Below are positions 53,091 to 64,000 of a DNA stretch of 64,000 bases, piece after piece. Under the pieces are notes generated by a model. It had not been told where the DNA came from, searched no databases, and saw nothing but the letters and a program-made list of their open reading frames with translations. Positions within the stretch are counted from its first letter, which is position 1; the number at the start of each line of letters is the position of its first letter. The position numbers and the translations under genes are program-made. The DNA lies in contig NC_087249.1 in the NCBI RefSeq assembly GCF_037042905.1, positions 8,248,001 to 8,312,000 of the forward strand, in the 5' to 3' direction. The DNA comes from Lytechinus pictus. Its lineage: Eukaryota.

Positions 53091-54879
53091 TAAAGTGGGT
53101 CTACTTGTAGGCTTACCTAGACCTGTAATGTTTATAGAGGTGATATTTCCTCGGGCTTACAGTGTATGAACAGAGAAGATTTCATGCGGAATCCTTGATG
53201 TCTCTCCCACTTGTCCAAGTTGGTGACAGAATTATTTCTGTATTTTGATGGACTTTCTATCTTCCTGGATGAATAAAGATTTATGTATGTTTATGTTTAT
53301 TCATAGAGAGGTTCATAAAGGTTCATTTCATGTGTGTGCCACGGAAATACCAAATATAATTTCTTTATCAAGAGGTACATGCACATGTAGGTGTACGTAA
53401 TACTAGTTTCAGGCATAACTCCTCGCCTTACGTTTCTGTTTTACTGTACCTTTTTTTAATTTGGTTTGTGAAAAGCAGTGTTTTGTCCTCTGAGTAAGAG
53501 CATTTGGGCACTATACAGATTTCACCATGTACATATCCAACAATACGTACACAAACCTGAACAATTGTACAGGCTTTGCATGGTTTGGAGTAAATACAGA
53601 ATGGAGCCTCCATTCAGAGCTTACATACAAGTTGCCTACTCTACATAAAGCAAGTCCGGGAATGTCCAGTTGTCCACTGTGTTATCTTTTGAGAACTTTG
53701 TCATTTGCATGGTACTGTAATGTCAGCCAGCAGGTGTAGAGCTGTTGTAATGGAAAGTAGTGAAACAGATTTAGCTTTTTCTCTCCAATATGCACATATA
53801 CATGTAGATTCATTTATTTTTTTATTATTTATTCACTTTAAAACATAGATACATGATACAAAGGTCCAGGACCAAAACTGAACATGTTTACAATAATTGC
53901 AACATAATTTAGATAAACTTAATAGTAAGAACCAAAACAGACTACTGATCTTTGAACAAAGAAAATATAAATTACAAAACAAACACAATGCAAATGCAAA
54001 GAAAAGGAAAAACAGAAGAAGGTCTCTGCAAATGAATTTCGAAATTGCAACAACCACCAAAGTGACTGCTATGAATTGGTGGTCGACTTCTTACAACTGT
54101 TGCGATCGTGTGCAACATACATGTATATTGTGAGTTTGTGACCAAATGATCGCAAACGATCGCAAGAGCGATTGTGAAAGCCCCTTTTGACAGCCAATCA
54201 TAGTTTTTTCTTTCTTTGATTATTGAAAAAAATATAATTTGAACTCGAACCAGAAAGCAATATGTTCTCTCAATCAACTCCCGTCTCTCGTTTCATTCCT
54301 CAAGACCTCACCAAGTCAGCCATTCTGTCAAAAAGTTGAAAAATGATATTACCCGAGGTGACAGAATGGTCAAGAGTTATCTGATATCAGAGGTGAAATA
54401 TGTGGAGATTTTGGTAGTCACAATATTACAGGTGTTTGCATATCTGTATGTACAATGTAGAACTTGACCTACAAATAGGGGTCATTGTAATCAATCATAG
54501 GCATCAAGATTTCCTCAAATTCTATCTTAAGGTTTTTTTATGATTGTGCCAGTGTGGCCATTTTGTTAAGCCTATTCCACAAAATGGAAGATAAACTTAC
54601 AAGAAGACAAAGTGGTCCAAGTTCTGATCATGATGGTGATACAGAGTGGTTTTGCCCTATTTAGGTAAAAATGATGTCCTCTAGATATTTTAAACTTTAA
54701 TTGTGAAGGACCATTTGCAAGAATTCAAACAAATTCAATTTCTGAACCTTTTTTCCCCAAAATTCTACAAGAGCATGATTTAAATAGATTAATGAAATAT
54801 AATATTAAATGAATAGGGCCTATGTGAATAAGATTTTGATAAAAAGGCAAATATTATTGAAAGTTGAATTAATTTTTAA

Positions 54880-55465
54880 AGGTCAAGTCCACCCCAGAAA
54901 AAAGTTGATTTAAATAAATAGAGAAAAATCAAACATGAATAACGCTGAAAACTTCATCAAAATCGGATGTTAAATATTAAAGAAAGTTATGACAATTTTT
55001 CACAAAACAGTTCTAGGCTCAACTCAGTGAAATGCAAATGAGAGAGTCGATTATGTCACTCACTCACAATTTCTTTTGTTTTTTATTATTTGAATTATAC
55101 AATATTTCAATTTTGACAATTTTGACAATTAGGATCTCCTTGCTTGATCCACAAAATGTTAAAATAATGGAATTCCACGTGTTCAGTGAGGAACAAAACT
55201 TTGTTTCACATGACAATGACAAGAAAATCAAAATATTTCATATACTAAAATACAAAAGAAATAGTGAGTGGGTGATGTCATCGGTACCCTCATTTGCATA
55301 CCGAACAGGATGTGCATATAACTGTTTTGTGAAATTAAGCGAAGCTTCAAAATGCCATAACTTTCTTATTTTACATCCGATTTTGATGAAATTTTCAGTG
55401 TTATATGCTTGTTTGAATTTTCTCTTTCTATTCAAATCAGCTTTTTGTTGGGGTGGACTTGTCCT
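54880..55465. mobile_element. Kolobok-type MITE sharing a TTAA with the adjacent deleted Kolobok
   Basis: TTAA-aggtcaagtccacccc ... ggggtggacttgtcct-TTAA. Confidence 0.85.
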
Positions 55466-55717
55466 TTAAAGGGGTGGTCCAGGCCAGCTCCAAAAAATAT
55501 TTAGCCCGTAGTAAATAATTACAGGAGCCATTTCAAAAAGTATTATCTCCTTACTCGACTTTGGAGATTTTTAAGAGCATTTCTTGTAACGGTTATTTGG
55601 GGCAAAAAGAATTAAATTTCGCGCACATGTAGCGAGATCGGTCACGTGACTGTGACGTACCATCTCCACTTTGGTTTCGCAACAACAATCCAGCGCGCGA
55701 CGTCTCACAGCTGCAAT

Positions 55718-55905
55718 ATGCCTATGTGTCAGGCATACGGCTGCTCCGTTCGGCCGGGAGAAAATAACCATAAAAGTGCGTTTTCTATACCAAATCCGAT
55801 CCGAGATCGAGAGAGATGTGCCCAGTGGCTTCACAATATTGGGACTGACAAGTTTGACATAAAAACATACAAATATAACGCGAGTAGAGTCGTTTGCGAG
55901 GACCA
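55718..55905 (+). pseudogene. THAP zinc-finger N-terminus of a Kolobok transposase (truncated)
   Basis: MPMCQAYGCS...AFSIP...RCAQWLHNI...SRVVCED: the THAP C2CH signature, cut inside the final His codon. Confidence 0.85.
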
Positions 55906-56099
55906 AATGCTCTCTCTGGCCGTCGGCATCACCGGGCAGTTCCCGCACCGACACCAGTCATTTCTCCCCACTCGATCGGCCGCTGGCTGCGGTATACGAT
56001 CGGATCTTCCTCCACCTCTTCTTCTTCTATTCTTCGACGGTTCTCCAACTCTTCCGCATTCCACCTTGGTTGGAATGCATATCCCGCAGGACCCGACAT
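55904..56099 (-). pseudogene. N-terminal stub of the Kolobok second gene (KolX; P2X7 cytoplasmic-ballast/Nanor-like Cys-rich domain), frameshifted and truncated
   Basis: MSGPAGYAFQPRWNAEELENRRRIEEEEVEEDP, then a frameshift, then PQPAADRVGRNDWCRCGNCPVMPTARESI; matches the YxFxP ... WCxCGxCxxMxTxxExxCC pattern. Confidence 0.75.
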
Positions 56100-57026
56100 A
56101 TTAATTGTTCAAATCATGAAATAAACGGCGAGAAACAAACAAATTGTGAATTACAGGGTCGACGGTGGCCGCAATCAATGCAAGTCGAAAACTACATGTA
56201 GCTAATACCGTACGTATATGCGCGGCCGGCGGTGATGATCTATACGCATACGTGCGAGCGATAGCTAGCTAGCTAGCTCGCTCGCGCTCGTAGCAGCAGC
56301 CAGCGAAGCCAAAGTGGAGATGCTACGTCACAGAAAAAGCTGCGCATTGCATTCTGGGATCGTACAGACTCGTGCCAGAATATGATTTTGGCAAAATTGA
56401 AAATTCAATAAAAAATAACTGTGCCTCTTATTTCTTTAAAAAAATATAGTATAGGAAAGAGAAGGTTTTTGTCTATCTAGTGGATATAAATTAAACCTGG
56501 CCTGGACCACCCCTTTAAGAAAAAGGAAGGGGAAAAGAAATTCAGTTCTAAAAATCCAACTTGGACATTCTGTAAGCACATACGAGCTCCTCTGTCTTTT
56601 CAGAGACTCTTATTTCTTACATTTTTTTACAAATCATGTTTAGTCTTTTCCAGAGAAGCTGATAAAGAGAAATCATGATGTGTGTTTTCCCAGTACAATG
56701 CTTACTGTAGTTGTGGTGAATTCAGACTGGCTGTGGTTAAATTAGCAAGCCATCGGCTCATTAGCATGGTATTCAAGAAATCCGGGCGAGTGAACTTCCT
56801 CTGACAGTTATGTTAAAGCTTCAGTCATAATGGACAGTTACCAGGGATGATTTAGAGTAATTAGCCAAGGTGTGATTCATGGTCAGGCTATTGCTCAGGG
56901 TCCTGGTTACACCAAGAAATAGTGAGATATTATTTGATTTATTGTTCTCTTCTGTATTCATATCACGGTGACACAACATTTGCTCCTTCAACAGTTGCTC
57001 CAGGCTTACATGTACAGTTCGTCTAA

Positions 57027-57408
57027 TACCCCTTTCATAAACCCGATTATGCGGATAATATCCGCATAATTTGGTCGTAAAATTGGAGCGGGACCAGAGT
57101 TATCCGCATTGTTTCGATGCTGCAATTATCCGCATAATAGTGGCATCGGGACCAGATTTTGACTTTATGAATGCATTTCCAAAGTAATGCGGATAATTGC
57201 CATGGTGCGGTCACAAGGTCACCCTTTTCCAACACAACCCCATCGGAGGGGGTGTGTGCAGTTGCCATGACAATTATCCGCCTTTTTTAGGTCGGGCGCA
57301 CATAAAAAATAGTGCAGATTATTTTCGGAGTTTGTGAATGCAATTTTTATTGAATTATCCGCATTACTCTTAGGCGGATAATTGGAGGATGGGTTTATGA
57401 AAGGGGTA
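57027..57408. mobile_element. Harbinger-type MITE with TAA TSD
   Basis: taa-tacccctttcataaaccc ... gggtttatgaaaggggta-taa; repeated gcggataat/attatccgc motifs. Confidence 0.85.
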
Positions 57409-58156
57409 TAAGATGTAGGGTTATACCTCGGTCGCATTTGCTTTACGGCGGCCGTATGGCGAGTCAAAAACAGCTGTTTAATAACATTTTTTGTACCAGC
57501 TAAATACAGGTGGTTTGAATAAAAATGAATGAATGAAATATGCTATTGCACAAGTTTCATTGAAATGGTTTGTGACTACCTTGTTACAAAGCTCAACAGC
57601 CAATAAAAATAAAGTATTTCATGAGTTTTATACAACATGCAATTCTTAAAAGCCCTTTAAAGGGCCTACATTATTAACTGAAGGCATGTTCATGTAGAGT
57701 ATGGCCAATATTGTTTGGTCCAAGGTCAGGACACCAACTTGACCAAGCATGCACTAATTCCTGCCATGGTGTCCCTGCATACCTGAAGAGTTTAATGGAT
57801 CATAACATTCTTATTTGGTGGAGCATAATTTGATTTGGGTCAGGGACTTGGTCTCTCTGTATTGTCTCTGTACCATTTCTGTGGGTATGACTTGAAGTGC
57901 AGCAAATTGTTGGGTTTTCTGATGAATAATCAGAGTATCAGACTCCCAAAAATATTTGTTAGATTCTTTTTGTAAATTTCAACAAATGAAATGCATGTAT
58001 CTGAATAGCTGTTAGCAAATCCATGGAGAATTGGCTTTGATGACAAGTTTGATGTGACAGGGAACATCGGTTTGTAATTAGTTCATGTGCACCTGTTTCA
58101 TAGAGCAAAGTAGAGCAGTTGAGCATCATTTCCAATTCCATACTGTACTCATAATA

Positions 58157-58446
58157 GACACCGTTCTCACTACCGTCTTAAAACTAGTTTATTGGAAACT
58201 AGTTTAATGTGTAATGAGAACGGTCTTGAAAGCGATCTTCCAAACAGGTTTAGAAAATTTTGTGCGAAACCTGTTTTACCCCCACTGATAGCATTCCCAT
58301 AGCAACAAGGCCACTTTACGTGATGTGCGTTTTGAAAATCACTTTCGGCTGCTCAAATGGGAACGCTAGCAAAGCGATCTTCCAAACTGGTTTCCTGAAC
58401 CGGTTTCCAGTAAACTAGTTTTAGAAAGTATAATGACAACGGTGTC
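58157..58446. mobile_element. MITE, same family, ATA TSD
   Basis: ata-gacaccgttctcactac ... gtataatgacaacggtgtc-ata. Confidence 0.8.
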
Positions 58447-58599
58447 ATAATCCCTGCAAATTTAGCATGTTGTGGTATCAAAGCAATTACAGTTATCACA
58501 TTCACTTCTGGTAAAAGGATATTCTATGTGTTTACAGTGACATAGATGTAGTTATTTCTCAAAATAATAACAACATGCAACATTATAGCTCTTTAATAT

Positions 58600-58830
58600 T
58601 ACAATGTTTTTAAGCACTGCATACTATTACCTCGACTTTAGCACAGCTACACTGATCGGACGCTCGAGCATTCAAGGAATTACTTCCTTTCGGGTACCCA
58701 TTTACTACACCTGGGTGGAGAGTGGCAAATGTAGATAAATGCCTTGCCAAAGGACACGAGTGCTGTGATTGGATTTGAACCCTAGACCTTGTGGATCAAT
58801 GTCCAGAGGCTTATCCACTGTGCCACACCG
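58600..58830 (-). mobile_element. tRNA-derived SINE
   Basis: Minus strand: gtggcacagtgg (A box), gggttcaaatcc (B box), shared SINE body. Confidence 0.75.
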
Positions 58831-59524
58831 CCTCTAAATGGCATTCTCTACACAATAAAAGCAATAAATATGTGTAGCTTACGGCACATCTATCCTTTTC
58901 AGTACCAAAAGGATGCAACTACTCATTATTATCATTATTTTGCTAGCCTATATTTCTCAAAGCTTATTCCAACATAGATAGAATAGAAAATCATTTGTAA
59001 CCTTGAATATGGTTCTACATGTACATTACATGAAAAGAGTGCATTTCTTGTTCAGGCCCCTGAAAGACAGATGTTTGCAATAAATTACAAAATGGCAATG
59101 ACCAATAAAAATCATATCATACAAAAATTGCTTATCATATCCACTGTCAGCCAATCAGAATCTTTGATTGAAATGCATTTGATTGCAAAGGTATTCCTTT
59201 ATTGCAAATTACCAATCCCAGGTACTTACACCATCTTTTATTGTTATGTCAGGAGAAAGTTAACTGCACTTTTCAGAACTTTTCAGTGAATCACACCCTA
59301 CAGATACAGGGCTGCAATTTCAGACAAATCTTGTTTATCCTTTTACCGCAGTGATTCAGTGTGTATCAAAAGGTGTGAAAGACAAATTATATTTGCTCCA
59401 TGAGATTTTTACTCCAGGGATTTGCCTGTAACAGATTCAATTGCAAATTTGCATCAGTATTTTTTTTTGGAGGGAAATTGTGAGAAATAAAAAAAAGAAC
59501 AAGAAAGACCCCTTTATTCTCTAT

Positions 59525-60398
59525 AGGGCCGTCTGCACCATCCCGAGTTTTCAAATTAGCGCGCTATTTCTGATCCGGCAAATTATCCCGATCTGAAAAA
59601 TCTCGAGATAGTTGGCGGTGCAGACGCAATTATCGCGCTAGTTCGTAGGATTAATCTCGAGATTGCAATCCCAAGTCAACTCGGGTTTATTTGCAAAATA
59701 GCGCGCTATTTTACGAATTATCCCGCTAATTCGTCGGTGCAGACGCACTCGAGATTGGACTCGGGGTAATTTATTCATGACGTCAGTCCATAATGCAATT
59801 CGCGTTCCACTTCCGCCTTGGTCAAAACATAAACACGTGCGGAAGTCAACTTTATACATGCGAATAGCGTTCATAAGCAACGATGGTGTCCCACCAGTGA
59901 ATGGATTTTGGGAGAGACCAGACCGAAGGGGGAGGCGCTCATCGACGATGGTCATATTCAATAACAACACTGACAGCAGTGTTGTCTTCCTTCGCAAAAT
60001 GTGAGCAAATAGCATTTCTTTCCTCCTTCTCTCCCCCTCTCTCTCTCTGTCGTTGCCTCCTACTCCGCCATCATATTTAACGAAGAATACATCACTTCTT
60101 CACTCGCTGAGCTGAGAGGATTGTTGCATAACACCGGTTGAATTCGGCGAAAGTGCTAGTGAAAGGAGTACATTGCTTGCATATCGCGGGAAGTTATTCA
60201 AAAGCGCGGGCCGTTGAAACTCCAAGATCCGAAAGTGCGCATGCTCGTAATATCGGGCTTGTTGCCTCGCTTGAGCAGGAATCGCTCTTCGTGGGATGGT
60301 GCAGACGGGGTTTCTTGAATCTCGAGATTAATCGCGAAGAGGGCTGATCGGGCTAAAATCTCGAGATTGAGCAAACTCGGGATGGTGCAGCACCGCCT
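59525..60398 (-). mobile_element. Internally deleted PIF/Harbinger-like transposon with a transposase N-terminal remnant
   Basis: TIR agggccgtctgcaccatcccgagttt / aaactcgggatggtgcagcaccgcct, flanked by tat/tat; repeated subterminal ggtgcagacg and ctcgagatt motifs. The minus strand reads RRRKEMLF...LLSVLLL, frameshift, PSVWSLPKSIHWWDTIV, resembling Harbinger transposase N-termini (W...S..WW..IV). Confidence 0.65.
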
Positions 60399-60401
60399 TA
60401 T

Positions 60402-60754
60402 GAGGCTTTCTAAAACTAGTTTACTGGACACCGATTCACGAAACCAGTTTGGAAGATCGCTTTGCTAGTCTTCTTACTCGATCACACGAAAGTGGTTTTC
60501 AAAATCACTTCACGTAAAGCGATCTTGTTGCTATGGAAACGCTCTCAGTGGGGTGATACGTTTCGCGCGAAATTCGAAATGTGCGAAGATCGCTTCCCAA
60601 AGTTTAACGAGGTAAAGCGATCTTGAAAACTACATCGCAAGGTGGTTTTCTGTACAGGTTTGGAAGATTGCTCCCAAGATCACTTCGACCGTTCTCACTA
60701 CACGTTAAACTAGTTTCCAGTAAACTAGTTTTAGGAAGGTAGTGAGAAGGTGTC
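60402..60754. mobile_element. MITE, same family, left end damaged
   Basis: ctttctaaaactagtttactgg ... ccagtaaactagttttaggaaggtagtgagaaggtgtc-tat. Confidence 0.75.
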
Positions 60755-61202
60755 TATAGTGGTTAGAAAAAGGGTTGTAATACACAAATTAAAGACACTG
60801 TTACGGACTGTAAGCATCATTGTTTTTAAAAGTATTTTATTGATAATTTTTTCTTGCTTACCATCAGCTTTTTTTCCTTGGAATGGACTTGTCCACTGTC
60901 TGGAATCAGGAGGGCCTTCCAAAGTATATTTTAACTCCCTGAACACTAATAGCCCAGAGCATTGCTTGTTTCTATTCATGACATGTGTGCTTAATAGTGG
61001 CAGGGTTAGAGGTCAAGTAAATCCTACCATTTTATTTTTAAAGGGAGCTTTTGAGACACCCATTTGCTGCAGGCTTTTACCAATGATGGAAGCTGTTGAA
61101 CTATACAGATCTAGCACTGCATGTGAAAAAGATTGCTTTAGTTGCTGGAAAACCGTTGATTATTAAAGTAGAAAAGATGTTGGTGTAGATCAAATACATT
61201 AA

Positions 61203-61448
61203 CCGGACATGGTGGCTCATTGGTTGAGTGTCCGCCTCATGAACGGGAGGTCGTGGGTTCGATCCTCGGCAGAGTCATACCAAAGACTTATAAAAATGGG
61301 ACCTTCTGCCTTCTTGCTAGGCGCTCAGCATTTAGATTGGAGAAGGGTAATAATAAGATATAATGTTATGCAGGGCCCGCTGGTAGAGCAGTTTCGTAAC
61401 TGAAGTGGCTACCCTGGGTAAATAAAACGTTATTATTATTATTATTAT
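61203..61448 (+). mobile_element. tRNA-derived SINE
   Basis: tggctcattgg (A box), ggttcgatcc (B box), body gagtcataccaaagactt, 3' ccctgggtaaataaa plus (tta)n tail. Confidence 0.85.
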
Positions 61449-62024
61449 GTAGGCCTATGTCTTTGGAATCATCGTCCTGTTTATTGTATAAAAGCATGTA
61501 CAGGCCTAAAATCTGTGTGTAGTTCCAGACTGGATTCAATCATCCAAGTCCTGAAACAAATCTTCAGTTTTATAAACTATGCAAAAGTTTAGAACACAGA
61601 AGCTATTTGTGCCCCAAAATATGCTCCTTTGTTATCTGTCATATTCGTCATAATTATGAAGAAAAAGTTAAGGTACATGACCAGCTCCTTGGCCAAATTG
61701 GTGGTGTACCAACTTCATGTGACCACTCTGTTCTACAAGGAAATTCTACCCTAAAAATTCATTACATCATGTAGGCCTACAGTTCGGAGCAGTTGGAGCA
61801 CCATAGACTCATGCTTCCAGGCTTCACCTAATTCACAATGAAGAAATTCTGATGGAATATGTTGGTAAAGAATATCATAAAGCAAATCTTTCTTGATTAT
61901 GGCTCCTTCCAGAATTAGTGTAGGAGGTCATTGACCTGCATGTCAAGGGCCACGATAACAGAGTTATAGCTGCCAGTTTTACTTCTGGGGAACTGGACAG
62001 AGGGGAAAATGTGATGTCTTTTGA

Positions 62025-62454
62025 AGGACAAAGTCCACCCCAACAACAAGTTGTTTTGAATAAGAAGAGAAAAATCCAACAAGCATAACACTGAAAATTT
62101 CATCAAAATCGATGTAAAATAAGAAAGTTATGACATTTTTAAATTTCACTCGATTTAAAAAAATTGTTATGTGCACATCCTTGGCTGTATGCAAACGAGG
62201 GAACTGATGACGGCACCAACTCACTATTACTTTTTGTATTTTATTATATGAAATATTCTAATTTTCACCTCATTGTCATGTGAAAGAAAGTTTTGTTCCG
62301 TCACCATTGTTTTAACATTTTATGGTTCAATAAAAATGATGACTATTGTCAAATTTGAAAAAATTGAAATATTTTAAAATTCATACAATAAAAAACAAAA
62401 GAAATTTGCATGTCACAGATTCAAATCAACATCCTTCTGGGGTGGACTTGACCT
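62025..62454. mobile_element. Kolobok-type MITE, deleted copy
   Basis: aggacaaagtccacccc ... ggggtggacttgacct; TSDs mutated. Confidence 0.8.
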
Positions 62455-62745
62455 TTCAGATGGATACAGAGAAAATCAGAGTTGATTCATGTTGTCAGTT
62501 CCAGATTCTTTTGACATGTCTCTGAGCAACCCACACCCCTTTGATACTGTAAGTACCGGTATTCGTTTGCGATGATGGGTGTGGATCTAATGTCTTTGCC
62601 CTGCATTTCCCTGTAGATTTTTAGCTCAAGACGAGTGTTCTCCACAGATCTCTGTATATTTAGAAATATTTCACTGACTCCCAGAAATCACACCACCAGG
62701 CCAGGGTGGATTCTTTTGAGTCATGCTGCAGAACATCTACATGTA

Positions 62746-63192
62746 GGGCTGCGTTTATGCGACCTCAAGCCAGAATCATGATTTGAATCATGAATTGAAA
62801 CACAAACCTGAATCACAATACCGTAGAATCAGGGTTTAGCCGACTTTCATTCCAATGCTGCCATTTCTCCTCGGATTCGGGCCGATCCAGTGCGCATCAC
62901 AGTGCGCATTTTGACCCCATACACGGAGCATATATGCACATACACTGGAAGTAGCCTGACACAACGACGTCATACATGTAGAATCATGATTCGAATCACG
63001 ATTAGGTTTATACAACCTTTTTCGCTCGTGATTCTATTGAAATGTCTTTCCAAACGCCCCTTTTTCTGTATTTCATGTTCATGATTTGAAAGACGTTTAT
63101 TTTCACTTTTGACTATAAACACAACCCTGATTCTGCAAAATCATGATTTGAATCATGATTCTAGGGTAAAAAATTAGTGCATAAACGTTCCC
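62746..63192. mobile_element. MITE
   Basis: gggctgcgtttatgc / gcataaacgttccc termini; repeated gaatcatgatt palindromic motifs. Confidence 0.7.
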
Positions 63193-64000
63193 TAGAATGC
63201 TCAGTACCCTTGTACAAAATGGCTCTGATTTTATGATTCTAATTCTAATCTCATGATGAGCAATGCAATATACATGTATTAATACAGGGGAAGATATGGT
63301 TTAATTCATTGGGCCACTCTTTTTTATCTTTCAATATTTATTGAATAAATCAACATCAACAGTTATAAAATAATTGCACATACAAAATTACAAATCATGA
63401 AAAAAAAATCATTTTGGGGTAGTCTTTGACAACTTGATATTGGAAAAGAAAGATGTATACTGCACTTGTGTATCAAGAGTGTGATAAGAGTTGTTAATCT
63501 CTATTATTTAACAATGTAGATTTCAGCTTTGATTGTTTACTTTTCTTGATAAAAAGTATCAAATATTTACTTCTGTTTAGTCATTGTGTACTTACAATGA
63601 TAGGGCCAGACTGAAAAGTTGCCAAAAAGAAATGGATTCCTTGTACCACATTTTTATTTCCATTTTATACACAAAATATGTTTTGGTTATGTGTGTTTTC
63701 TCAATAAACAAACTGTAGAATGTGTTCAATTTTTACTGTTTAGAGCTAAACTTATATTTGGTTCTTTACAATACCAAAAAATATTGAACACATGTACATG
63801 TATACAGTAATAACAGTATATCACACTTTTTCATCAATATCCATGCATACTACATGTATACTATGTAGCAGAAACTTCTTTTTTGTAGACTAAGTAATAT
63901 AAGCCTAATTATTAGCATTTATGTATACAATAGAATATCTAATCATGAAAAATCGTACATGTAATTGTAGAATGTCACTTCTCTTGGACTAGTTGAATTG

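Larger units (their letters stand above)
55470..56514. mobile_element. Internally deleted Kolobok DNA transposon
   Basis: TTAA flanks (55466-69, 56515-18), perfect 18-bp TIR aggggtggtccaggccag / ctggcctggaccacccct, AG..CT termini; contains a THAP stub and a KolX-like stub; CpG-rich, so probably young. Confidence 0.85.
32225..64000 (+). other. CHSY1: CHSY1 intron (more than 31.7 kb, runs off the window)
   Basis: GT donor at 32225. No ORF encoding the expected continuation (MQxLFY...) is found downstream. Sequence is repeat-rich and CpG-poor. Confidence 0.75.

Noticed and set aside
61203..61275. tRNA-like sequence (also 14736-14805 and 16145-16217)
   Set aside because: A and B boxes are present, but each continues into a SINE body and (tta)n tail without a proper acceptor stem; these are SINE heads, not tRNA genes.

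Overview
AT-rich metazoan genomic DNA. The repeat families and poly-G/C runs suggest an echinoid (sea urchin) or similar invertebrate deuterostome; this is inference. The window holds (1) the last four coding exons of an RPRD2 orthologue on + (887-1010, 3583-3672, 4532-4588, 5389-9191), whose 3.8-kb terminal exon carries an unusual Pol II-CTD-like Y-[S/T/N]-P repeat; (2) a CpG-richer intergenic block with a near-identical 4.3-kb tandem duplication (17316-25947) and a decayed 5'-truncated L1/Tx1 LINE (about 27440-30655, minus); and (3) the first coding exon of chondroitin sulfate synthase CHSY1 (31466-32224), followed by an intron of more than 31 kb packed with MITEs and SINEs. That intron contains an internally deleted Kolobok transposon that keeps stubs of two convergent genes (THAP-transposase and a P2X7-ballast-like/KolX protein) and a deleted Harbinger element. 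It also shows a large excess of TACATGTA/TAGGCCTA/TACCGGTA octamers; in-window alignments show that at least two of these are 6-bp insertions at TA sites, as expected for transposon excision footprints. Exon coordinates were read directly from splice signals. Repeat boundaries were set by eye and may be off by a few bases.
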